Below are positions 28,609-39,363 of a DNA stretch of 64,000 nt, piece after piece. The number at the start of each line of letters is the position of its first letter. Within the stretch, counting starts at the first letter, position 1. Both the position numbers and the translations under genes were made by a program. The notes below the pieces were generated by a model, which was not told the origin of the DNA, did not search any database, and saw only the letters and a program-made list of their open reading frames with translations. The stretch is from Microbotryum violaceum (taxonomy: Eukaryota): positions 1,922,001-1,986,000 of the forward strand of contig CDLV01000004.1 of the NCBI GenBank assembly GCA_001244265.2. The letters run 5' to 3'.

Positions 28609-31197
28609 TCAATCGACCAAATCGCCCTGCTTCAACAACTCTTTTGCCCTCTCCAGAAGCGCAATCACCTCCCTCGTGAACCTAATCTTCTCCTCTTCCC
28701 CATCGCTCCTCCCACTCCCACTCGCTAACAACCTATCCAATTCCTCCTTGTAGACCTCTGGCTCAATATCCGACTCGACATTATCTGCATTCGACGACGT
28801 CTCGATCGCGTGGAATGTCCCAGGGATCCAATGCGGTTTGTAGTGGTTCTTCTCCGAGGCGGGAATTTGGGTGATCGAGAGGGTGAGTTCGTCTTCGATC
28901 TCGAGGAGGGAGGTCATTTCCCGAGGTAGACGGACTTTGAAGGGGGAGAGCGAACGCAGTTCGTCTTCGTTCCCTTCTTTAGAATCACGGGAGAAGGTGT
29001 TAAAAGACCTTTACGAAAGAGTGACCACTCTCAGTCTGGATGGGCGCGTGGGTAACTCACTCAGATTCTTTCCCCTCAAAAGTACATAGTTTCCCCTCAC
29101 GCGATAGACCTCAAAAGCCCCCGAAACCTTCCTCATGCCCCCCAGGTCTTGAGCCGAATACATTCTCTCTACTTGCTCAATCCATTTCTTGATCCCATAC
29201 GCCAGCTTGGCTTCACGGGGCAAGTAATGGAAGGAGGATAAAGCGTCGTGTACGTCGGTGGTGATCAGTTGACGGTCGCGCAAATAGTCGAACCATGTCA
29301 AGAGGTGTTGCCGCGTTTGGTCGTAGTTAAGGTAGCTCGTGGAGATCGCAGCTAAGGGCCGAGAAGAACGTCGTCGAATGATCAGCTCGCTCTCATGCCT
29401 TTTGAACACCAGGTCGTTGTTAGATGGCTACTGACTATGTGTAAGGAACGTCTTGATAGCAAGGTCGATGTAGTCAGCGGATTCAATGCCCGTTTCGATG
29501 ACCCACACTCCGAAAGCCTTTAAAGTCGATTCGGTCGCAGGGAGCAAGGATCCATTTCTCCGAAGTGTGGCGAGGTGAGCGACGACGAAAGACGAGACGG
29601 TACGCATCTACGTGAAAGGAATACAAATATGAGCACGAAGGCTCTTGGGTAGAGCAAAGAGTTCCACACGACCTACCTCACGAGCCGTCGCCAACGCCTG
29701 TTCCGCCTCTGCTTGTGCCCCACCCCCACCCTCACCGCCTCCGCCCATACCCGGATTATAAGCATCCAACAAAGTCTCGGCGATCGTATCCGATGCCCTC
29801 CTAACCGAAACGGTAAATGGTCCATTCCACCCTTTCGCCGCCTCTATTAAATCCTGCGACCCATACCGACTCGTACTCGAAGCGATCGCAGCTGGAGCTT
29901 CCATGGACGTTGTTAGGGGTCCCATCGAAGAAGCGACGTTGAGCCCTTGAACGAGATTCCTCGTTCTTTCCCTTTCGGTTTGATCGCGAAAGAGGGCTAG
30001 GGCAGGGGCATGTTCACCTAGAGCTCTTTCGAAGGGTGTTTGGACCGTTGATTGAGCGCCGGGGACGATGGGTCGATCGAGAGGGGGTAAGGCGTAGGTG
30101 TGGGATTCGGAATGGGCTGGGAAGGCTAGAGGGGGTAAGGATTGTTGTACGAGTTCGACCATGGAAGGCGGGCCGCCGTTGGAGGAAGGTTGGAAGAGGT
30201 GGTTGATGCCGAGGATCCCGTTGGATGCGGGGTCGACGAGCCCATCTGCGGGGGAGGAACGAACCCTCTCCACCGCCGCTGACGAGGTTGACGCTTGCGA
30301 GTTCGAGGTGTAGGCCGCCGCAGTATTCTGTGAGGAAGAGCCGTCGACCATGATGACGTCGGGTGAGGCGGGCGAGGAGGTCGAAGGCTTTCGTCCTCGG
30401 TTGGTCCTGGAAGTCGAACCGCTCGGCCCGGCGATCGGGGTCGGAGCCGACGAGGTTCGACTCTGTTTTGGTTGTGCGTTATTGCTATTACTCTTTCTTG
30501 CAGATCCTTTCGACGTCAAAGCAACGGGGTTTCGGTTGTCGATGTTGTCGTCGCTGTGGAGCTCTCCATTGAGGGAAGCGGCGATGAGCTCCTTGCCCCT
30601 TCGGTGCTCGACCATCCCTTCGAAACCCGGCGTCGCGTAATGATAGACCAATCCCGACTCGGACACGACCAAGACCAAGCAGTTCGTGCCCGTCAATGTA
30701 CTCAGTTCGAATGCCTGTGCGGAAGGATCGAGTTCAGCGCCAAAGCGCCCAAGTAATCCACTGCCACGCCGACCTGGACTGCACCTTCTTCATCAGCCCT
30801 TGCTTGCGTTTCGTAAAGCTGACGTGCCGCTTCGCCTTGTCATCGATATACTCGATATCGATCTTCCTCCTGCCCGTCGAGGTCGCATTCCGTTTATTCG
30901 CATACCTCCTCTTTCTCTTCCTCGTTCTCCCGATCCCACCTTCCTCGTCGTCGTCGTTCTCATCGCCCTCCCCCCCCGCTTCCTCCTCGTCCTCGTCGTC
31001 GTCGTCCTCTTGTTCGAACGGATCTTCCCTCCCTTTCCCCGAAGCCTGCGCAATCATCGACTGGAATTTGGTCGGTTTCGCCAGGCCCAAGTTGCGCGTA
31101 TCCCCTGCTGAGCCGGGTACGGGCGATTCGAACTTGGATTGTTCGACCGAGGCGATCAGGATCAGCGAGTCCCCATCCGCGGAGGGCGTCACGTCAA

Positions 31198-31233
<36 letters not shown>

Positions 31234-31261
31234 TGTTGTTGGGGTAGGATCGGGGAGGCAT
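28609..31261 (-). CDS. SRF/Mcm1-type MADS-box transcription factor, divergent, with a long C-terminal extension
   Basis: RRKIDIEYIDDKAKRHVSFTKRKQGLMKK ^ AFELSTLTGTNCLVLVVSESGLVYHYAT. Acidic N-terminus with a poly-Asp (GAC)n run. The downstream exons to the stop at 28609 are inferred. Confidence 0.85.
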
Positions 31262-31399
31262 ATCGATGTATGAGGCTTGTGGCGCCGAGAGAAAAATGTG
31301 GCCACAAGTGGGGAGGAGGGGAGGAGATGGTGTGGGCGCTCTTATGAGACGTAAAGAGAGCCCGAGCATCCACCGGGCAGCGCTGGGCAGCCACTGAGG

Positions 31400-31610
31400 G
31401 CCTTTTTGGCCTGGTAATTCCAGGCGCGCGGCTGGAAATACCAGGCGCCTGGAAATACCAGGGGCTTGGGTAATACCCTCGTGAGGTGGTAATACCCGAC
31501 CCACTGGTATTTCCAGCCGCGCGGGTATTACCACTTCACGAGGGGTATTACCCAAGCCGCTGGTATTTCTGTCGGTTGGGTATCAACCTTCTCAGCTGGT
31601 ATTTCCACCC
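31400..31610. repeat. Nested inverted-repeat cluster of ggtaatacc/ggaaatacc units, probably a transposon end
   Basis: 'cgcgcggctggaaatacca' pairs with 'tggtatttccagccgcgcg'. 'gcttgggtaataccctcgtgaggtggtaataccc' pairs with 'gggtattaccacttcacgaggggtattacccaagc'. Confidence 0.8.
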
Positions 31611-31707
31611 GAAAAGTCTCAATAGGGGCTCTTGTGCGGAGCACGACCGAGCGCAGGTTTTTTGTAATGGGTGTCACCTTTGTAGTACTAATGCTCTGCT
31701 CAGATTC

Positions 31708-31783
31708 GAATTTACTAATGCTTACACTGGAATTTACTAATACTTGTATTTGAATTTACTAATGCTCATATCCGAATTGTAAT
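31708..31783. repeat. 22-bp tandem repeat, about 3.5 copies
   Basis: 'gaatttactaat' at 31708, 31730 and 31752, with a degenerate fourth copy. Confidence 0.85.
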
Positions 31784-32218
31784 TTTTCAATGCAGGGTTT
31801 TCTACTGTATTATGATATAGGTACACTACAAAGCAGCAAACTGAGCGTCCACGTCCGTCACAGGCTCCTCCCATTTGTCTGGAATGTCAGATTGATCAAG
31901 ATCTAAACCGCCCTAAGCTCCGGCTGCCGCGGGTACGGTCGAGTGGGCTCCGGTGCGGACAGGGTACTACAGGTGATGTAGGGCCTCTATGGGCGTCTCT
32001 GCTGGCTCTATCATGCTCTACTACACTCAAAAAGTATGTATACGGCAAGGGAAGACGATACATGCTGATTAGCGGAAGCTGTAGCAACTTCGTTTTTTTC
32101 GGGGCGTACCGCACATTTGTTGGCGCAGAGTACGCCTCAAATGGCTCACGCTCCGCCCTAAAAGGCGTGCTGGGTCCGAGGTCTGTACGCCCGGGGCCTA
32201 CGTGAATTGGCACACGTA

Positions 32219-35200
32219 CGCTCCAAAACTTTAGATCGCATTTGTGGCTGTTACGGCGCACTGTATGGACTCTGACAGTCACCAGTTCGGTCTAAGGGTG
32301 TGGCTGTACCACCCTTTAGCAGTTGAAGCAGATACAAGTCGATGTCACAAAGTCGAAGCTGTTACTCGGAGCACCGCGCAACGACTGGGGCCGGCCTGCC
32401 CTAGGCTCTGTACAAACGCTGATATGTGTGCTGTAGCAATCGCAAACCCCCGTAGTAGAGCATCGATTACAGCGCAAAAAGAGGTATGGTACATGAAACG
32501 ATACAGGGGCCGAATCACACAACTGCTATGGTTCTACAGGACGCTGTATGCCCACCCAGTGACTTCCTCTGGTTCAGATTGGATGATCTGGACCAAGGGC
32601 ATTGCAAATAAGTACCACTTCTGCAACATGGGGAAGTAGTGATGTCTCACAGGGCCATCCTCATCGCTATCATTATCGTTGTACCGTTCCGCCGCCAGCT
32701 TATTCGCACTTGAGAATGAGGCGGCTATGTTCGATGTGCAAGAAAGAGCTTGGGGGAAGGATCAGCCTGATAGTTTTTTCTGCGCAAACTGGCTTTTGGT
32801 CACTTGCCTACGTTCAGATGCTTGATGGTCTTTTTGGTGTCTTTGATAAATGTCTTCACCAAACTAGCATTTGTGCCCCAAGTCTTCTTGAGTATTGCCT
32901 CAGTGGGAACCTGCAACTGATGAAGAGTGACAAGTAGGCAATGCCGGTCAGCCAAGCCAGCCCACTCGGCCATGCTATTCAGGATACTGACTCACACTCA
33001 AGTAAAACTCCCGATTCTTGCTTCCTGCCAATTGCTTCGCATTGCTGAAAGACCATGCCAGCTTGTTACCTGGGACCAGCTGGAGATTGACGCTTTCTTC
33101 TGGACATGAGACTTCAGCCAGTGCCCGCACTCCGAGCCCATCCCGATGAACCCCATAATCATGGACCTTAACTAGGCTCCAAGCCTCACTGATGTAAGCC
33201 CATGCGCATGAACGAGCAAGCGAAACACTGTAGTAAAAAGCCGTATTAGCTCTGGAACACAGGGAGTTCCACAAAGCGGCATACATTAGGCCACTTACGT
33301 TCCAGAGAGCTTCCTAAACCTCGTCTGCGCAGATCCTTCGTTGACACCACGTTCACACATATGATGCATCTTGTGGTCCTTTGTTCCTCTTTGGAGATCT
33401 CGGCATGCAACTTATGTAAGTACAATCCGCATAAGTTACAGCGGATGAGGTCCTGAGTGAAGGCGACCGGCGTTCCACACAGCCCTCCCGCGGCACAAGT
33501 TGGGCATCTGAGCTTGACCATGACAGGCTCGTGCGCCCGATATTCGTCCTCGAATAGCGAATGCCCTGGGTGCAAGCTGATAGCCTGTGCACAAAGAGGG
33601 TATGTTCAGAAAACCGATGGCCGTGACACCACCATTGAGGCAGCCAATGCGCCATCATGTCCCCGAACGTACCTTTTCCAGAATCCTTAACTTGTCAATT
33701 TGGTACTTGCGGGCGGAGCCCGCTTCCCTGAATTTTTTGAACGTCTGGCGGCCCGCCTGTGCTCCCTCCTCCACGACGCCCAACTCCATACCCATGACCT
33801 CGTAGCGCTGACGCACCATAGCCACGGTCGGTAGTAAGGGTCCCTCAGCGTTCACATCGGGGTTTCGCCTGCGCGCGCCGTACGTTTGCGCAGCAGATGG
33901 CTCGAGGTCGGTAATCATCAATTCCAGCGAGGTCGTCCATCGCCTTGTTAGAATGGCATTGAGTGATCGCAGCGCATTCCGGTTTGCTTTGTACACCCAC
34001 CAGCTATAAGAAGCCGTGGCGCGCAAATCTGGGACGAGCTCGGTGGCGAGATGCGCAATTGACCCCATTGGATTGAGTCCATCAAATTGATGCCATTGAA
34101 GTTCGCCCTCCGGACTCATTGCAACCCCACTTTTCGTTGAAATCTGTTGATGGCGTAGCTGAGTGACGGCTCGGAATGACCAACGGTGCTCCAAGCCAGT
34201 GTCGTCGCGAAAGACCAGGTTTGAGCTTCGAGCGTCCGGCGTCCAGGGTACGGTGCTTTGCTTCCGTTGTGCTTGATGGTGAAGCACGTGGGTGGGCCCC
34301 TCCAAAGACACATATTGCGGGCACCGGTGAATACGTCTCGAAGCGACAGAAACAAATCGCCGTTATATTCGTATGCGGTTACACCACATGTGGCGGACCG
34401 AAATTTGCTTGGCGATGGCCAGATGGTTGGAACCTCACAGCGATGCACTGTAACAAACGCAGGTTCGTTAGGGCCAAGACGGAAGCATGGGCTACGTGCT
34501 CCTCCCTTTGTGATGAGATTTTTGTAAAGTACCCAGCAGAATGGACTTGAAGGGGCGTGGTGAAAGGCGCTCGGTCACGGATGATGTCACATCGTCGAAG
34601 TCGAGGTCAATTTTGCCAGGGGGAATTTCTGAGGATAGATTCAACGATCGAGTGAGCCTGTATCGCAGTTGCGCATTGAAGACTCGCTCACCTTCCATAT
34701 TCAGAACACTGTCGTCGTGACCCAAGAGGTCATCAGATTCATGGGTGTTCGATTATTCCGAAGAACAAATCGATGACGCGACGCTGAATTGATGAGACGA
34801 AGGCGAGTCGCGAACTGGTGCGGTTTGTACGAGATCCGCGCAGAATACTTTGCTGTCCATTCGAGCATGATCCAACGTGTCGTCTCGTTCCTCAGGATCG
34901 GCCCCAGCAGAACCTGCAACGGTACCGTAATCGCTCGTCTCGCCGTGCGGTCGCGACTCGGGAACAGGCGGGTCCAAAGACTTCGGATTGTCCCCTTGGA
35001 GCGAAGTCATTGACCTCTTCGATTGTAACTAGAGCGCCCAAATGATCGATTTGGGTGGAACGGGCCATGGGTGGAATGAGCCATCACGTCAGTTCAGAAA
35101 TGGCCCCTGACGATGGACAATGAACGGGCAGCCGCGACGATGGGAATGTCCGTTTGCTCACCGAGCTGTAGTCTACTCGTTGGCGAATCTGTGGCTCGTA

Positions 35201-36061
35201 AAGCTTTTTCTCCGATCCAGGGGACAGGTCCGCTTCGTTGATAGACTAGAAGCAGTACAGAAAATTAGGGGTGGAAGTAACGATGGTGACTGACGCAGTA
35301 CGCACCCTTCGCAGTCTGACCGGTGAATGTGAATGGGGCGCATCAACGTCGTCGGAGAAGCCTCGCTGGGAGGATCTGGCGGGCTCAACATCCTCAAACA
35401 CGTCTTCGAAGCTCGATTTCCAAGGAGGTTTCGAGCTCGATTCATGTATGTGTGTTGGCTCCAAGGGGAAAGGAGCTGAGAACGCCGGTGGCGACGCAGC
35501 GGCACCGGGTAGGTCGAGGACTTGGAGACGCGTCCGCCGCGATTGAAGTCTTGCTTCACACTCAGATATCGGAGGTGGGGCATGAGCCTTTAGCGTCCAT
35601 TTCTTTCGTCTTCCACGGGCCATCGTTGGTGGCCTGGGTGGTCGACTCAAAGGAAGCACCTTCCGACGCGGGCCCGCAGATGGCCGCGTGTAGCACTGAC
35701 GCCAAAGTGAGACCTAAATTGTCGGACAAATTAGTCCTCTGAGTCAAGTCGCCAGGTTGACTTATCCGTCACGGCTAAGTGCGACTTTGCAGGGTTGACA
35801 GCAATTAATGCTGGAGCTAGGTATCGTCTTACCCCCTTGATTGCTACAGCACACATATCAGCGTTCGTACAGAGCCTAGGGCAGGCCGGCCTCAGACGTT
35901 GCGCGGTGCTCCGAGTAACAGCTTCGACTTTGTGACATCGACTTGTATATGCTTCATCTGCTAAAGGGTTGTACAGCCACACCCTTAGACCGAACTGGTG
36001 ACTGTCAGAGTCCATACAGTGCGCCGTAGCAGCCACAAATGCGATCTAAAGTTTTGGAGCG
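32219..36061 (-). mobile_element. Element bounded by 223-bp inverted repeats, carrying a degenerate gene with a PHD-like zinc finger and no recognisable transposase
   Basis: IRs at 32219-32441 and 35839-36061, each flanked by TA. Internal minus-strand ORF pieces 32790-35659 include CPTC...CNLCGLYLHKLH...CIIC (33246-33575). Confidence 0.75.
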
Positions 36062-36063
36062 TA

Positions 36064-38740
36064 CCAGTGGGAACCCGTTAAATTAACGGGAGGATGAAAT
36101 TCAAAACATAGCAGGATAATCGAACAGTCTACATGATATCAGCGCAGAGGTTAAGAAAACACAATACGAAATACAGCAAAGGAACAAAATCCATTCATCT
36201 TACATTCATTGCCGAAACAGCCTGCATGTCGCTTGTTGCCGGACTTGGCTTCAAACACTCGTGCAATGAGATCCGGACGGTTGCATGCTTTATCGGCCCC
36301 AGTGCAGCCTTGATGTCCGGTGAGTCGGGGTCGTACGTCATCGTGATGAGCAGCGGAGGCTTTCCATGTTTGACAACGCACGCCATCGCATCCTGGTATC
36401 GCGCTGCGTGATGTCGCAATTTGGTTCGGGGTCAAGCCGTTGATGCCTTGGGTCGTGGTGAGGCGTAGGTTCTCTTGATGCAACCGGATGTGTTGAGTCA
36501 ATCAGTCTTGACTTGGGAGTACATCCGTAAATCACAAACTCCAGGAAGGGACGTTGGGTGCAATGCGGGATTGAGAAGTACTCGTCGCGTTTGGCAAGTA
36601 GTGCGCAAAGAATGGTGAACGCGACTCACCACCTCGACCCCTTTACTTGACCTTCGTCCTAGATGTTCAAAAGTTCAATGTCAGTCTGTGCTTGCGCCTT
36701 AGACAGAATGGAACATCAGAGGAAGAGCCGAAGACGCGTACGTTCGCCATCACCATCCTCTTCGTCCCCTTCCTCGCCGTCTTCATCCTCATTGTCGCGG
36801 TCTTCGTCCCCCTGTTCGTCTTCGTCATCCAGACCGAGACCGGCAAGTACCTCGCGCGATTGGACACCATTGTCGATCTGCTCTCGGTTTTTGGCGATGG
36901 GCGGCCCAGCTTGGTTGAAACCGCAAAGAGGAATGTTGGGGTGGAAGCCATCTTCCCCGCGGGGAAGAGTAGTGGGTACCGGAGAGGCAACGCAGACGGA
37001 TGGAGCGAGCTGATGACTTGGTACTTGGGGCCGACCATCGGGACATCGATCACCGTGCACCTGGAGAATAAGGTCTTGCGGTCCACGATCTCCGGTGTTG
37101 GTGTCGGAATCGCAGATAAGCATCGCCATTTCCGTGCTTGACGTAGGAAGGTTGTGGGTGCGTCGGTCTCGGCCAGGTGGTAGACAGAGGCGCAGGACCC
37201 ACTCTTTGGCTGTATCCCAACCCGCGCGGGCTTTGGCCGATGCGAACTCCCTCACAAAGCGATTGCCAGTGCGCAACATGGACTCTAGCCTGGTCAGCGT
37301 TGATCTTTGTATGCGAGTCTCTGTGCTGTCGGGTCCTTGAAGTCGTGTGTCGGTGGCCTCGGCCGGGTCGATCAGCCATGTCTGGGCAAAGGCTGGGCGT
37401 TGATTCACGGCAGGGATCAGGGCACCGAGTCGATCATAGAGGCGGCCGAACACGCGAAACACGGGAGGTCCTAGAGCTGCCTACTTGGGTTTGGTCCCAG
37501 TGGGCAGCGAGCGAAGTAAAGGATAGTGCGTTGTTGTAAGACCGGGCATTTTCACGGATTGCTCTAAATTCTGTGTAGGTGCATCGCACAGTTCAGTATG
37601 TGGGTCTACTGCAGACGAATGTTGTTCGACGGAGCAACTGACCGCTATCCGAGCCTTGAAGAAGCTGCCGATACTCGAGATTGGGCTGGGGAGGGGGAGG
37701 TAGCCGCACCTTGCCTTGCGAGCAGCACGCGCTGAAGTGTCCGGTCGACTTGGACCTTTCGCACCCCCAGTGCCGAGCCTTGCAGTGGGTGCACACGGCC
37801 GTCTGGGGGCCGAGGTCGTCGCGGATCGAAACGTGGGGAGGAGGTGGTGGTGGGGCGAGCCCAGCGTCGAGTTGGCCATCGCGCTGACCACGCTGTCCGT
37901 TCTGCACAGCTGCACGGCGGGCTCGTATACGTGTCGCAATGCCAAGATCGGTTGAATTGTTGTCATGACGCGCCGGGGTGCTGATTCTGTTGATCGGTGC
38001 GGGACGAAAAGGAGGGTCGAGCCGCGGGGCGCCCAGCAGCGGGCGCTCGAGCAGGCCCATGGTACGCTGCCACCCTCGCGCCCAAGAACTTGGCGAGGTT
38101 GCGATGACCCTCCGTGGCGACCTTGGGACCGGGGCATTACACAGTAGCGAAGGTTTGTTCTTGAATGAGTGTCACTAAAATTGGATGAGAGTGGGAGGGA
38201 GAAAGGAAAGGTTCGAGGGAGTGGCACAGGATTATTTACGTGGTTTGTTTTGTTGTTTAGCCCCTAATGCTGACGGCGGGCGCGCCGCATCACGTGACAA
38301 ATGTTAGCCCTCGCCCCGCGCGTCAGCCGCCAGGCGCCAGGCGGAGCTGTGCTGTAGAAGCAATATCATGCAAAGCCACGCGCTTGCGGTTCATTAAATA
38401 CCATATGAGTGGAAGCATTGTTTTATGTCAGCGAAAAAAAGAAGGAAAATACTGGGAGCGCTGTAGCTTCGTTGGAACGGCGCGGAAAATACAAAAAGTC
38501 ACCACAGGGCTTGTACATGACTTCTGATCGGAACCCCGACGCTACAGGCAGGTGCGGCAGACACAACAGTATGCTGGTACATCCACCACAGGCGGCCCTC
38601 CCGGCCGCAACCTAGTTAAAAACAGCGATTTTAGGTACAATTTTAGGTACAAACTCACACTTTTTTTTTACTAAAGTTAGGGTAAAACGTCCTGAGACAA
38701 AGACAAACCACGTGGCACAAACCACGTGGTGTGACGTCAT
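36064..38740 (-). mobile_element. Non-autonomous Helitron copy B
   Basis: Same hairpin and CTGG 3' end (36064-36090) and the same Rep truncation as copy A. Retains CTHCKARHW..CCSQGKVRLP. 38115-38740 matches 51210-51858. 5' end not defined. Confidence 0.9.
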
Positions 38741-39363
38741 AAGCAGCTCTCGGTCCAGCGTCCCAGCTGGCTAGCGCTGTTTCAGACCGTTTCGCCTACG
38801 TTCGCCGAGGTTCCATTGAATAGCACGTGACTCTCTGTGTCCCGAAGCAGACTGTTTTGCGTGTCTACCACGTCGACGTCTCAGAGAACGGGAGACAAAC
38901 CACGTGTATTTGCGTACGAGGAGCCGGGCTTGCCTGACGCTTTGAAAGCCGCCTCGACGTCTGTCGTCCCTCTCGTCCGTCTGAGGGGTGTGATATATAG
39001 AGCAGAAGGTTTGGAGCGGCGGGACGAAGTGGAATCGAGCCACCCTAGGCATGCCTTTCTATCGTACCGACGCCATAGGGTGGCTGTGCATCTCAACTCG
39101 AAGGAGGGAGGCCATGTCCCCTGTAATCTAGCGCAGGCTCGAGGGAGCTCGAGGGTCACGCCTTGGCTTCTTTCTTATAAAGGGGGGCGGCCAAGCGGCG
39201 AGTACGCGTGCCCAGGAAACCGAGGTGTTGAGTGACGATGATCGTTTTCGGAGTGCGCGAAGCGCGCCCGCCCAGCACCTCCTTGCCCTCAACGCACTCC
39301 GCCACAACCACAGATCAAGTGGCTTCGCGTGTATCACCACAGAAACAACATACTGTGGCTCCC

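Noticed and set aside
38755-38774. Second Helitron 3' end (ccagc..gctgg CTAG) for copy B
   Set aside because: The stem is only 5 bp, there is no spacer, it is followed by C rather than T, and it is not homologous to the 51885 terminus.
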